The notes below the pieces were generated by a model, which did not search any database, was not told the DNA's origin, and saw only the letters and a program-made list of their open reading frames with translations. A DNA stretch of 64,000 nucleotides from Alphaproteobacteria bacterium (GTDB lineage Bacteria; Pseudomonadota; Alphaproteobacteria; UBA828), in contig CAXXVO010000007.1 of the NCBI GenBank assembly GCA_963422645.2, positions 576,001 to 640,000 on the forward strand. The letters run 5' to 3'. Both the position numbers and the translations under genes were made by a program. Within the stretch, counting starts at the first letter, position 1. Every line of letters begins with the position of its first letter. This document shows, piece after piece, positions 9,381 to 20,064 of this stretch.

Positions 9381-10148
9381 TCAGCCCCACTCGACGACGA
9401 CATAGCCGGCGGAGACCGGGGAGGGCACGACGAGCTGGACCTGCTTGCTCGAGTTGCTCACACTCGACATGAAGGGGGCGTAGGAGTTTCCGTCTGCGCC
9501 GTCTGCGCCGTTGCGGTTGTATTGCGCTCTCTTGCCGCCCTTGCCGCCGTACGCCTTGCCGTAGAGGAAGGTGGTGTCGCCGCCGTCGGCGCCGTCCCTG
9601 CCGCGCGCTCCGTTCGCTCCGTTGCCTCCAACGATGACGGGGTAGGTCCCGCCCGCCCTGACCGCGATATCGAAGTAGATGAATCCGCCGCCGCCGCCCT
9701 CGCCGCCACGCCAGGTGGTGGTCCTCGAGTCGCCCCTGCCGCTGACGGTGCGGCTATAGTCGCTGCCGTCGCCGCCGCTGCCGCCCTGCAACTGCGTGCG
9801 CACGCGGGTCACGCCCGAGGGCACCTTGAAGTAGAATGTCCCGGGCGTGGTGAAGGTCTTCCGCCCGCGCGGCGTGGGCGTGGGCGCGGGACGCGGCGGC
9901 GGCGTGGTCTCGCTGAGGTTGGCCAGCCGCGTGCGCTCGGACGCGGTGAACACCTCGCCCCGCATCTGGCGGAAGGGGTGCTCGCCGCCGTCGTCGAGGG
10001 TGGCAACGCCGCCCGGATCGCCGGCGGCGTCGATCATGGCGTTCAGGGTGTCGGCCATGGCCTTGATGGCGGCCCGGGCGTGGGCGGGCGAATCGCTGTC
10101 CTGGTCGAGGTGGGTGGTGTCGATCTTCCGGGTGGGCCATGCGGTCAT
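9381..10148 (-). CDS. phage tail-fibre-like protein with glycine-rich domain, copy A
   Basis: Paralog of 8452-9222 with a near-identical first ~75 aa and a diverged C-terminal domain. Confidence 0.65.
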   Translation of the reverse strand: MTAWPTRKIDTTHLDQDSDSPAHARAAIKAMADTLNAMIDAAGDPGGVATLDDGGEHPFRQMRGEVFTASERTRLANLSETTPPPRPAPTPTPRGRKTFTTPGTFYFKVPSGVTRVRTQLQGGSGGDGSDYSRTVSGRGDSRTTTWRGGEGGGGGFIYFDIAVRAGGTYPVIVGGNGANGARGRDGADGGDTTFLYGKAYGGKGGKRAQYNRNGADGADGNSYAPFMSSVSNSSKQVQLVVPSPVSAGYVVVEWG

Positions 10149-10169
10149 GGGGTTTCCTTTCGCGCCCAC

Positions 10170-10441
10170 TCAGCTCGCCGGCGCGGCGATATGGGCGCGG
10201 GCGAGGCCGAAGCAGAGGTACTTGACGGTGGGAATCTGCCCCCGTTCCCAGGTCCAGGTCCACTCGACCTGGACCACGCGACCGGTAATCGCGTCCCCGG
10301 CGGCGTAGCCGGTCCAGGCGGCGTCGTCGAGGTCGTCGCGGTAGTCGGCGGCGCGCACGCGCACCGTCGGCTGGACAGGGGAATCGGACTCCCAGGTCAG
10401 TAGCGAGACGACGCCGTCCTGGCCGAGGGCCGCCGGCATGG
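10170..10441 (-). pseudogene. C-terminal remnant of a phage gene (probably tail) cut by IS21
   Basis: Open frame up to the IS21 end; located directly upstream of the fibre gene. Confidence 0.5.
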
Positions 10442-10548
10442 TGTTGTTAAGCGTGGAAAAGTGACCCCCTATTGGGGGTGATCGGCGTCCAAAATTGACC
10501 CCCTTGGATTTGTGTCCATGAACACACCTCGTCGTTTGGACGGACGGG

Positions 10549-12075
10549 GTGGTGGGGGAGATGCTGGTTGTGGAAACGATCGCGAAGATCCGTCGGGATC
10601 ATCTGGTGAAGGGCGTTCCGATCAAGAAGCTCGCCCGGGATTTGAGGGTTTCCAAGAACACGATACGCAAGGTGGTGCGGGGCGATGCGACCTCGCACAG
10701 CTACGAGCGCAAGATCCAGCCGATGCCGAAGCTTGGGCTGTGGGTGGAGGAGCTTGAGCGCCAGCTGAAGGCCAACGAGAAGAAGGCACGCAAGGATCGG
10801 CTGTCTCTTCTGCGGATTCATGAAGACCTTGTGTCGCTGGGCTACAAGGGCGGCTATGACGCGGTTCGCCGCTATGCCAGGGCCTGGCGGCGCCGGTGGC
10901 GGCTGTTGTCGCCGGCGCAGGCCTATGTGCCGCTGATCTTCGATCCCGGCGAGGCCTACCAGTTCGACTGGAGCCACGAGTACGCGCGTCTGTCGGGCGC
11001 GACGACCAGGGTGAAGGCGGCGCACATGCGGCTGTGCCACAGCCGGATGTATCTGGTCCAGATCTTTCCCCGCGAGAGCCAGGAGATGGTCTTCGAGGCG
11101 CACGAGCGTGCCTTCCGCTTCTTCGGCGGGGTCTGCCGGCGGGGCATCTACGACAACATGAAGACGGCGGTGAGCACGATCTTCGTGGGCAAGAAGCGGG
11201 ACTACAACCGCCGCTTCCAGGAGCTGTGCTCGCACCATCTGGTGGAGCCTGTGGCGTGCACGCCAGGGGCTGGCTGGGAGAAGGGGCAGGTCGAGAAGCA
11301 GGTGGGTGACCTTCGCGGCCGCCTGTTCGTGCCCATCCCGCGGGGCCGCTCCTACGCCGAGATCAACGAGTGGCTGATGGATCGGTGCATCGAGGACGCC
11401 AAGAAGCATCCGCATCCGACAATCCCGGGCAAGACGGTGTGGCAGGTGTTCGAGGAGGAGCAGCCCTTCCTGATGGCGTATCGCGGCCCCTTCGACGGCT
11501 TCCATGCCAGCGAGGTGTCGGTCTCGAAGACCTGTCTGGTGCGCTTCGACAACAACCAGTACAGCGTCGCGGCCCGCGCCGTCGGCCGGCCGGTGGACGT
11601 GCGGGCCTATGCCGATCGGATCGTCATCCGCCAGGACGGCGAGACCGTTGCCGAGCACCCCCGCAGCTTCGGGCGCGGCCGGTTCGTCTACGATCCGTGG
11701 CATTACGTGCCGATCCTGACGCGGAAGCCCGGCGCGCTACGCAATGGCGCGCCCTTCAAGGACTGGCAGTTGCCCAACGCGCTCGGCCGCCTGCGAACCC
11801 GGCTCGCGGGCCACGACGACGGCGACCGGCAGTTCGTCAAGGTGCTCGCGGCGGTGCTGGAGGACGGACTGGAGGCGGTTGAGGCGGCCTGTGCCGAGAC
11901 GCTCGACTGCGGTGCCTGCAGCGCCGACGTGGTGCTCAACATCCTCGCCCGGCAGCGCCAGCCGGCACCGCCGGCAATCATCCCGACGCCCGAGGGCCTG
12001 CAGCTTCGCCACAAGCCGGTAGCCGACTGTCAGCGCTACGACAGCCTGAGGGAGGCCGGTCATGGAGCGTCATGA
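10549..12075 (+). CDS. istA: IS21 transposase IstA
   Basis: [14 protein letters not shown] and WEKGQVE DDE motifs. Confidence 0.95.
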   Translation: MVGEMLVVETIAKIRRDHLVKGVPIKKLARDLRVSKNTIRKVVRGDATSHSYERKIQPMPKLGLWVEELERQLKANEKKARKDRLSLLRIHEDLVSLGYKGGYDAVRRYARAWRRRWRLLSPAQAYVPLIFDPGEAYQFDWSHEYARLSGATTRVKAAHMRLCHSRMYLVQIFPRESQEMVFEAHERAFRFFGGVCRRGIYDNMKTAVSTIFVGKKRDYNRRFQELCSHHLVEPVACTPGAGWEKGQVEKQVGDLRGRLFVPIPRGRSYAEINEWLMDRCIEDAKKHPHPTIPGKTVWQVFEEEQPFLMAYRGPFDGFHASEVSVSKTCLVRFDNNQYSVAARAVGRPVDVRAYADRIVIRQDGETVAEHPRSFGRGRFVYDPWHYVPILTRKPGALRNGAPFKDWQLPNALGRLRTRLAGHDDGDRQFVKVLAAVLEDGLEAVEAACAETLDCGACSADVVLNILARQRQPAPPAIIPTPEGLQLRHKPVADCQRYDSLREAGHGAS

Positions 12076-12790
12076 TGTGCTGGAGATGATGACCCAGCTG
12101 AAGCTCGCAGGTATGCGCGCCGCTTACGACGACATCCTTGCCGACGGGCTCAAGCGCCGCCATCCGGTGCAACAGATCATCGGTACGCTGCTGCAGGTCG
12201 AGATCGCCGACAAGAGGGCCCGCTCGATCAAGTACCAGATGGCCTCCGCCAAGCTGCCGACGGTCAAGGAGCTGGCCGACTTCGACTTCGCCGCCTCGCC
12301 GGTCAACGAGCCCCTGATCCAGGAGCTCGCCGGCGGCGGCTTCCTCGAGGGCAAACGCAACATCGTGCTGGTCGGCGGCACCGGTACCGGCAAGACCCAT
12401 CTCGCCGTCGCCATCGCGCGGTCCTGCATCCGCAAGGGCGCGCGCGGCCGGTGCTACAACGTCGTCGACCTGGTCAACCTCCTCGAGGCCGAGCTTCGCG
12501 CCGGACGCCAGGGCCGCACTGCAGACCAGCTCGTCCGCCGCGACTTCGTCATCCTCGACGAGCTCGGCTACCTGCCCTTCGCCCAGGCCGGTGGGCAGCT
12601 GCTCTTCCATCTGATGAGCCGGCTCTACGAGCGCACCTCGATCGTCATCACCACAAACCTCGCCTTCGGCGAATGGCCATCCGTCTTCGGCGACCCCAAG
12701 ATGACCACAGCGCTGCTCGATCGCCTCACCCATCATTGCGAGATCATCGAGACCGGCAACGAGAGCTGGCGCTTCAAGAACCGCTCCTGA
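12062..12790 (+). CDS. istB: IS21 helper ATPase IstB
   Basis: [24 protein letters not shown]. Confidence 0.95.
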   Translation: MERHDVLEMMTQLKLAGMRAAYDDILADGLKRRHPVQQIIGTLLQVEIADKRARSIKYQMASAKLPTVKELADFDFAASPVNEPLIQELAGGGFLEGKRNIVLVGGTGTGKTHLAVAIARSCIRKGARGRCYNVVDLVNLLEAELRAGRQGRTADQLVRRDFVILDELGYLPFAQAGGQLLFHLMSRLYERTSIVITTNLAFGEWPSVFGDPKMTTALLDRLTHHCEIIETGNESWRFKNRS

Positions 12791-12960
12791 CCCGCCGCCG
12801 GCCTCCCTTGTGAGCGCGCGCGGTCTTTCAGCGGGGATCGGGGCCTGATCCGCTCGGATTTGTTGAGGTTTTGGGGCGGGTGCCCCTCGGCGAACTTGCA
12901 AGAAGTTCGCCGGGGGGCTTTGTCTCGTGGTGACGGTCACAATCGCCAGAGACGGCCCCA

Positions 12961-13578
12961 ATGTCGCACAACATTTTCCGCCACTCCATGCTTTGCAACG
13001 CCCTGGTCTGGGCCTGGCTGCGCGAGGTCGATGAGGCCGAGGCGGCGCGCTGCCGCGAGGCGGGCTGCCGACACTGCCCCGGCAAGCTGCACAGCGCGAC
13101 GTATCCGCGCAAGCCGTACGGTCTGGCAGCCGAGTTGAGGGAAGAGGGCACGCGGCGGTTCAGCTTCTGCTGCGCGGATTGCCGCCTGCGAGCGACCCCA
13201 CCATCGGTACGATTCTTCGGGCGCCGCTTTTATCTGGGCGCCCTGTTCGTTCTGTTGAGTGCACTGGTTCTGAGAGGCGGGGTGCGGTTGCAGACGATCA
13301 AGCGGAAGTGGGGGGTCTCGGTCGCCACACTGCGCCGCTGGCGGAAGTGGTGGCTGGAGGCGTTCCCGGCGACGGAGCCCTGGGGAGCGAAGCGTGGCGA
13401 ACTGGTGATGCCACCCGAGGAGGTGCCGCTGCTCTTCGTGCTGCGGCAGATGCGGGGCGGACGCTTCGGTGAGCGTCTGTTCCTGAGCCTGATCTGGTTC
13501 AAGCCGTGGACGGGCTATTGCGGGCTCGGCGATGGCTCGGCGCCGCCCGCAGAAAGTGTTCCTGTCACGCCCGGATAG
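12961..13578 (+). CDS. Cys-rich (zinc finger) + HTH hypothetical protein
   Basis: CRHC and CCADC pairs; VSVATLRRWRKWW HTH-like segment; first gene of the element. Confidence 0.65.
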   Translation: MSHNIFRHSMLCNALVWAWLREVDEAEAARCREAGCRHCPGKLHSATYPRKPYGLAAELREEGTRRFSFCCADCRLRATPPSVRFFGRRFYLGALFVLLSALVLRGGVRLQTIKRKWGVSVATLRRWRKWWLEAFPATEPWGAKRGELVMPPEEVPLLFVLRQMRGGRFGERLFLSLIWFKPWTGYCGLGDGSAPPAESVPVTPG

Positions 13579-13627
13579 GGCGTTCTACATGGGCATCTCT
13601 CCGATGCGGCGAGGGAGGGATGCCGGA

Positions 13628-15104
13628 ATGGACAAGGACGACGCGGGCGCCAGGCGCGAGAAGTGGGCCCGGCTGCGCTTTGCGGTGGTGGGGCCGCTTC
13701 TGGCTTCACCGCCGCCTGCAGGCCAGCTGGGGGCCGAGTTCGAGCGTCTGTCGCAGCGCGACTGGGAGCACCCGTCGGGCAAGGGGCCGGTGCGCTTTGC
13801 GGCCTCGACGATCGAGCGCTGGTACTACCGGGCGCGGGCAGAGGAGCAGGACCCGGTCAAGGCGCTGCGCCGGAAGCCTCGGACCGACGTCGGCCGCGAG
13901 CGGTCCATGTCGGCGGGGCTGATCGCGGCGCTGCGCGAGCAGTACCGGGTCCATCCCTCGTGGGCGGCGCAGCTCCACTACGAGACCCTCAAGGCTCATG
14001 TTGCGACCCATCCCGAGCTCGGCCCGATGCCGTCCTACGCGACGCTGAGCGCGGGCGATGCGCAATCGCGGCCTGGTGCGCGAGCGCCCCAGGAAGTGGC
14101 ACGAGGGTGAGGACAAGCCGGCGGTCGAAGCCCGCGAGGTCCTTAGCTACGAGGTGTCTCGCAGTCACGCGCTGTGGCACGGGGACTTCCACCACGGCAA
14201 GCGCCGCGTGCTGACGGCGTCGGGCGAATGGCAGACGCCCATCCTGCTCGGCTTCCTCGACGACCACTCCAGGCTTGGCTGCCACCTGCAGTGGTACCTG
14301 GAGGAGACCGCCGAGGTCTTCGTCCACGGGCTCTGTCAGGCCTTCATGAAGAGGGACTTGCCCAGGTCCCTGCTGACCGACAACGGCGGGCCGATGACGG
14401 CGGGCGAGGTCGAGGAGGGCTTGCACCGCCTCGGCATCGTGGGGGCCACGACACTCGCTTACAGCCCCCATCAAAATGGAAAAATCGAGTCGTTCTGGGG
14501 CACGGTCGAGGGCCGCCTGATGGCTCAGCTCGAAGGCGTCGACGCGCTCACCCTGAAGATGCTCAACGACGCCACCATAGCCTGGCTGGAGCAGGACTAC
14601 CATCGGCGGGTGCACCGCGAGCTCGGCATGACGCCGCATGAACGCCTCGCCGGGAGCGTCAAGGCATCGAGGCCCTGCCCCGCCTCGGACGAGCTCAAGG
14701 CGGCCTTCCGCATCGCCAGGAAGCGCACGCTCAGGCGCTCGGACGGCACCGTCTCGGTCGAGGGCATCCGCTACCAGGTGCCACAGCCGTGGCGCCACCT
14801 GAGGACGCTCTGGGTCCGCTATGCGCGCTGGGACCTCAGCGGCGTCGATCTGGTGGAAGGCCGAAGCGGCGAGCGGCTGTGCACGCTGTACCCCCTCGAC
14901 AAGCGCGGCAACGCCGATGGCGTCCGCCGTCCTGCGAGACCCGGCAGCGACCATGGCGGCGCCAGCGCGGGCGTCGGCGAACTTCCGCCGCTGCTCAAGG
15001 GCGTGCTCGACGCCCAGGCCGCAACAGGCCTGCCGCCGGCCTGGGTACCCCATAACAAGACGCCCGGTCCGGGCGAGGACGACGATCAGGGAGATCCGTC
15101 ATGA
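13628..15104 (+). pseudogene. rve/Mu-like DDE transposase, +1 frameshift near 14050
   Basis: N-terminal HTH (STIERWYY), then LWHGDFH, LTDNG and NGKIESFW catalytic motifs and a Mu-type C-terminal DGTVSVEGIRYQVP; the two ORFs overlap at 14047-14058. Confidence 0.85.
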
Positions 15105-15888
15105 ACCGCGAGCTGCTCACCTTCTACGGGCTCAAATGGAACCCCTTCGCCACCGACCTTCCGGTCGACAGCCTCATGGTGAGCCCCGCCGTCGACAGCT
15201 TCTGCCTCAGAATCGAGCATCATCTTGTGCGCCAGGGCGGCTTCGCGTTGATCGCCGGCGAGCCCGGCACCGGAAAGAGCGTGGCGTTGCGCGTGCTCGC
15301 CGACCGCCTCGGCCGCTCGGACGGGCTCAGGGTCTGTGCCATCACCCACCCCTCTTCCAGGCTGTCCGACTTCTACCGCGAGATCGGCGGGATGTTCGGC
15401 GTCGACCTGATGTACAACAACCGCTGGGCCAGCTTCAAAAACCTGCGCGAGCGATGGCTCACCCATGTCGACGACACCCGCATGCGGCCCGTGGTGCTCA
15501 TCGACGAGGCCCAGGAGCTGCTGCCCTCGGTGATCTCCGAGATCCGCCTGCTGGCGTCCACCGACTTCGACTCGCGCGCCATCCTCTCGGTCGTCTTCGC
15601 CGGCGACAGCCGCCTGATCGACAGGCTCCGCCAGCCCGACTTGCAGCCCATCGCCTCGCGCCTGCGCCAGCGCCTGGTCATGACCCAGGCAGACGCCGGC
15701 GACCTCGCGGCCCTGCTCGACCATCTGGTCGAGCAGGCCGGCAATCCGGGCCTCATGAGCGCAGAGCTCAAGGACACCCTGGTCACCCACGCCGGCGGCA
15801 ACCCCAGGGCGCTTACCGTCATGGGCGACATGCTGCTCGCCGCCGGCGCCGAGAAGAACCGCGAGGTTCTCGACGAGAAGCTCTTCAT

Positions 15889-18047
15889 CCCAGGTTGGCA
15901 CTTTTTGTGTTCTGCTGTCGTTTATCGCTTTGATATGGCGCAATATTTTTCTCTGCCGATTCCAACATGGCACTACATTTTGTGAGATTCTGTCAGCTCG
16001 TCAGGCGGGTCCTCGTGCGGTGGATGGCGGGGTCAACACCCGCCGCCGAGGAGATTTGGGCGACCTCGGCGGCCGGGCGCGTGTCCTGGCGGTTGACGAT
16101 CAAGGTGCCGTCGGTCTGGCGCAGTCGCGTGGTGATCCGCACCCAGGTCCGCATGCCCTCGCGGATCGATGCCCAGCACTTGTGGATGCCCCGCGCGGCC
16201 AGTCGGGTACGGATCAGATGCACGGCGTGATAGGCCAGCACGGCGATCAGCAGGTGGGCCGCGATGCGACGGTCGAGCTGGTGCCAGATCGGGCGAAGGC
16301 CGAGCTCGGATTTCAGGCTGCGGAAGGTGGCCTCGATGTCGGTGATGCGCCAGTAGGTCCGCAGGATCGTCTCGATATCCCAGTCGACGTGGCTGGTGCG
16401 CAGCACATAGGCGCCGGCGCCCTCGTCGGCCTCGTCGTATTGCGGCCTGCGCTTGAAGCGCACGGCGGCGGCGTTGGGGCCGGTTTTCGCCTTCTCGACC
16501 GTGACCTCGTAGTGTCTGGCGACGGTGGAGAAGCGCTGCTTGAGACGGCCAATGCTCTCCAGCACCCTGTCGTAGCGCTTGAGGCGGCCCTTGACCGGCA
16601 GGCCGCTATGGAGCCTTTCCAGCGCCGCCTCGAAGCGGTTCCGCCTGAGGCCGATGATCGCGTTCTCGGCCTTCTTCTTGCCCTCGCTGACGACGTAGAG
16701 CCGCGCCTCGCCGTCCTCGCTGGCAAGCCGCCAGGCGCGCACCTCGTGCCGCGCGCTGGTGATCAGCAGAGCCTCGGGCCCGCCCTCGGGCAGCGGCGGC
16801 CTGGCGCCGCGGCTGACCGCGATCCAGTCGTAGCCCTGCTCGCCCAGCCACGCGACGTTCTCCTCGGTGGCGATGCCCGCGTCCATGACCACCGTGGGCT
16901 TCGGCGCCGTGCCGCCGCACACCGCCTCGAGCCTGACCAGCGCGTCCTCCAGCGTGCCCGGCTCGCTCACGTTGCCCGGCAGGATCTCGCAACTGCGCGG
17001 GAAGCCTGCGCCGTCGAGCGCCAGCGCCAGCGTGATCAGCGGACAGTCGTCGCGCTTCTGCTTGGAGCGCCCGAACCTGGGAAGCTGGCCGTGGGTGTGG
17101 CCGTGGTAGTGGACATTGGTGAGATCGTAAAAGGCGATCGTTTCGGGCAGGTCGAGCAGCGCGCGCTCGCGGTTGAACAGCTCCCGCTGAATGGCGGCCC
17201 GGTGGCGCCAGAGCAGGTCGCCGATGCGGTAGAGCGTCTTGCGCCGCAGCGCCTTGCGGTCGCCCTCCAGCCCCAGGAGCTCGGCGGTCGCGCTGTCGCG
17301 GCGCAGCCAGCGGCTGGTGTCACGCTCGCTGGCGGGATGGACCATCCTGGCGACGATCAGCGCGCTGGCGATGCGCCCGTCGCGGCCCTTGATATCGAGG
17401 CCGTGGAGGATGTCGGCGAAGCCGAGGTCGTCGAGGGCCTTGAGGCACAGGCGCTCGCAGCCGACCGTGCGCGGGTTCTCGTGCTCCAGGGTATCGAGGT
17501 CGACGGTGGCGATGTCGGGCTTGCGCGCCTCTTCCTGTATCGCCTCGGGGCGGAACCCCCTGGCCCTGAGCTTGGCGACGATGTCCTCGGCTGCGGCCTG
17601 CACGTCCGGCGCGGCTTCGAGCAGCGGCGGGCGGCCGTTGAGCAGCGCCTCGGCGAGTCCGGCAACTTCGCGCCATTTCTCCTTCGGCACCGGATAGTCG
17701 GTGCCGAGGTTGAGAAGCGTGCGCTGCCTGACCTTGTCGCCGATGCGCTGCGAGAGCACGAGGCGATGGCTGCGGACCGGCTTGCCTTCGGTAGTGTGGG
17801 TCTTGGTTGCCCTGATGAACATGTCGCCCGGCACGTTTTGGTCGTGGCGGGTTCAGATATGTCGGCTTTGGTGGTGGGGTCAAGGGAAATCCTGCAAACC
17901 CACCATTCCCTGGCACTACAAAGGGAGTTCGAGACGGCAATCGCAAATGTAGGGGCGTGCCCTTCTCGTCAACGCTATATCTGGTGTGTCAGCCGGAAAA
18001 ACCTGGCCAATTCGGCCCCGAACAAACGGAAAAAGTGCCAACTTGGG
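15889..18047 (-). mobile_element. IS1634 family insertion sequence
   Basis: IR CCCA(G/A)GTTGGCACTTTTT; TSD TCAT at 15885-15888 and 18048-18051. Confidence 0.9.
15993..17822 (-). CDS. IS1634 family transposase
   Basis: FYDLTN, GRSKQKRDD, VVMDAG, IEATFRSLKSELGLRPIWHQ. Confidence 0.92.
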   Translation of the reverse strand: MFIRATKTHTTEGKPVRSHRLVLSQRIGDKVRQRTLLNLGTDYPVPKEKWREVAGLAEALLNGRPPLLEAAPDVQAAAEDIVAKLRARGFRPEAIQEEARKPDIATVDLDTLEHENPRTVGCERLCLKALDDLGFADILHGLDIKGRDGRIASALIVARMVHPASERDTSRWLRRDSATAELLGLEGDRKALRRKTLYRIGDLLWRHRAAIQRELFNRERALLDLPETIAFYDLTNVHYHGHTHGQLPRFGRSKQKRDDCPLITLALALDGAGFPRSCEILPGNVSEPGTLEDALVRLEAVCGGTAPKPTVVMDAGIATEENVAWLGEQGYDWIAVSRGARPPLPEGGPEALLITSARHEVRAWRLASEDGEARLYVVSEGKKKAENAIIGLRRNRFEAALERLHSGLPVKGRLKRYDRVLESIGRLKQRFSTVARHYEVTVEKAKTGPNAAAVRFKRRPQYDEADEGAGAYVLRTSHVDWDIETILRTYWRITDIEATFRSLKSELGLRPIWHQLDRRIAAHLLIAVLAYHAVHLIRTRLAARGIHKCWASIREGMRTWVRITTRLRQTDGTLIVNRQDTRPAAEVAQISSAAGVDPAIHRTRTRLTS

Positions 18048-18093
18048 TCATGGAGATCCTGGGCGAGCCCGCCAAGCCGAAGAGGGCACGGCG

Positions 18094-19092
18094 GTGAAGG
18101 GCTTCCCGACACGGGCGCCGATGCAGCTCGAGGATCGCCCCCGGGCGCAACAGTGGATGGTGGACACGCTGTGGGCCGAGCAGGCCGTGGGCATCGTCGG
18201 CGGCGAGCCCAAGTGCGGCAAATCCCTGCTCGCGCTCGATCTCGCCGTCGCCGTGGCCACCGGCGTCCCATGCCTGCGCCACTACCGCCCCAGCGCAAGC
18301 GGCACCGTGCTGCTCTTCGCCGCCGAGGACGCCGGCCACAGGGTGCGCAAGCGTCTGCAGGGGATCGCCCGCGCCGCCGCCACCCCCTTCGACGAACTCG
18401 ACATCGCCGTCATCGACGTGCCCACCCTGCGTCTCGACCAGCGCATCGACCGTCAGCGCCTGCAGGAGACCGTGGAGCGCATCGAACCGCGCCTCCTGAT
18501 CCTCGATCCCCTGGTCCGCCTGCACAGCGTCGACGAGAACGCCGTCGCAGAGATCGCCCCCATCCTCGGCTTCCTGCGCGAACTGCAGCGCCGCTTCGAA
18601 ACCGCCGTCCTCCTCGTCCACCACGCCCGCAAGAGCGGCGGCACCCGGCCGGGGCAGGCCCTGCGCGGGAGCAGCGAGCTGCACGCTTGGGGTGACTCAA
18701 ATCTGTACCTGCGCCGGCGCGACAAGAAGATCGTCATGACGGTCGAGCAGCGCGACGCCCGGGGCCTCAACGACATCGAGCTGGAACTCGTCGACGGCGG
18801 ACATGGGCCGGCCTTCCGTCTGCACCAGGACGCGGCAGATGAAGACAGGCACGAGCCCGCCACCGTCGAGCAGCGCGTCTTCAAGGCGATCGAGCAGGCC
18901 GAAAAGCCGCTCTCGAAAGCCCAGATCCGCTCACGCGCCGCTGCCCGCAACGCCACCGTCGTTGCCGCCATCGAGAGCCTCACCAGGGAGGGGCGCATCG
19001 AACGGGCGCCCAGGGGTGGCTATCGCCTCGCAGCCGCCGAGGCGCACCGGGAGCCGCAATCCCCTGCCGCCATCAACGGAAGTGCGGGATGA
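18094..19092 (+). CDS. AAA_25/RepA-like RecA-fold helicase with C-terminal winged helix
   Basis: GTG start overlapping the ExeA stop (GTGA); GGEPKCGKS, LLILDPL, LLVHHARK, LRGSS. Confidence 0.85.
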   Translation: MKGFPTRAPMQLEDRPRAQQWMVDTLWAEQAVGIVGGEPKCGKSLLALDLAVAVATGVPCLRHYRPSASGTVLLFAAEDAGHRVRKRLQGIARAAATPFDELDIAVIDVPTLRLDQRIDRQRLQETVERIEPRLLILDPLVRLHSVDENAVAEIAPILGFLRELQRRFETAVLLVHHARKSGGTRPGQALRGSSELHAWGDSNLYLRRRDKKIVMTVEQRDARGLNDIELELVDGGHGPAFRLHQDAADEDRHEPATVEQRVFKAIEQAEKPLSKAQIRSRAAARNATVVAAIESLTREGRIERAPRGGYRLAAAEAHREPQSPAAINGSAG

Positions 19093-19094
19093 GG

Positions 19095-19151
19095 CGTTCC
19101 CGTTCCCGTTCCCGGAACTCTTAAGCGTTGAAGGGTACAGGAACGGGAACG
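19095..19151. repeat. CGTTCC direct repeats with inverted GGAACG copies (possible origin)
   Basis: CGTTCCCGTTCCCGTTCCCGG...GGAACGGGAACG flanking a more AT-rich spacer between the helicase and primase genes. Confidence 0.6.
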
Positions 19152-19194
19152 CCGTCAGCCTCCCTTCCAAGCAGACCTTCGCCGGGACCCGGCA

Positions 19195-20064
19195 ATGAGC
19201 GGCGGCGATCCCCTGGCCACCTGCCGCAACATCCCCCTCGACCGGGTCGCCGCCGCCCTCGGCTACCGCAGAGACCCGACCGACCGGGCGCGCTTCAAGC
19301 GCGGGGGCTCGGTCATCAGCATCAACGGCGAGAAGTTCTTCGATCACCTGCGCGGCACGGGAGGGGGTGGCGCCATCGACCTCGTCATCCATGCGACGGG
19401 ATGCCGCTTCCCGGAAGCCCTCCGCTTCCTCGGAAGCCATGAGGGGCGGAGGGAGATCACCACCATCCCAGCCGCCCCGCGACGCCTGCGGCTGCCAAGG
19501 CCCAGTCCCCGCGCCTGGCCCAGGGTCCGGGACGCCCTCATCCGCCAACGCGCTATCGGCACCGACGTGCTCGAAGCCTGCCACGGCCGAGGCCTCCTCT
19601 ACGCCGATGACAGGATCAACGCCGTCTTCATCTGCCGAAACGCCAGCGGGCACACGACCGGCGCCGAGATCCTCGGCACCGCGCCGCAGCCCGGAACAAA
19701 ACGCTTCAGGGGCATGGCCCCGGGATCGCGCAAGGCGCGTGGCGGCTTCTGGCTCCACTGCGACCGAAACCAGCCCGCCCTCGTCATCCTCACCGAGAGC
19801 GCCGTCGACGCCATCTCTGCACGAAGCCTGCGCGTCGAGGGGACGCGCGAGAACGGCGCCGTCGTCGCCTCAACCGCCGGCATCGCCAGCTCGGTCCCGC
19901 CCTGGATCAAGGAGTGGAAGCCACGTCGCATCGTCTGTGCCTACGACGCAGACAGCGCCGGCGACACTGCCGCCGAGCATCTCGTGCTCAACGATCCAAG
20001 GGTGAAAAGGTTGCGCCCACGACACGCCAAGGACTGGAACGAGATGCTCCTGCGGTCTCGATGA
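19195..20064 (+). CDS. TOPRIM-domain primase-like protein (DUF3991-like)
   Basis: GGGAIDLV N-terminal motif, LTESAVDAIS, CAYDAD, KDWNE. Confidence 0.85.
   Translation: MSGGDPLATCRNIPLDRVAAALGYRRDPTDRARFKRGGSVISINGEKFFDHLRGTGGGGAIDLVIHATGCRFPEALRFLGSHEGRREITTIPAAPRRLRLPRPSPRAWPRVRDALIRQRAIGTDVLEACHGRGLLYADDRINAVFICRNASGHTTGAEILGTAPQPGTKRFRGMAPGSRKARGGFWLHCDRNQPALVILTESAVDAISARSLRVEGTRENGAVVASTAGIASSVPPWIKEWKPRRIVCAYDADSAGDTAAEHLVLNDPRVKRLRPRHAKDWNEMLLRSR

Larger units (their letters stand above)
15101..18097 (+). pseudogene. ExeA-like AAA ATPase (MuB/TnsC-like role inferred), interrupted near its C-terminus by IS1634
   Basis: FYGLKWNPF start, GEPGTGKS, VVLIDEAQ; the native end ...LFMEILGEPAKPKRARR* is restored across the TCAT duplication. 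Confidence 0.88.

Noticed and set aside
8452-10148. Diversity-generating retroelement (fibre repeats as TR/VR with the RT at 57-60 kb)
   Set aside because: Both copies are full ORFs differing by indels and non-adenine-specific changes. The RT has YADD plus intron domains V/VI and is a group II intron protein.
15101-15888. Type II secretion ExeA/GspA
   Set aside because: No secretion genes or peptidoglycan-binding domain; the gene is coupled to a DDE transposase inside an IR-bounded element.
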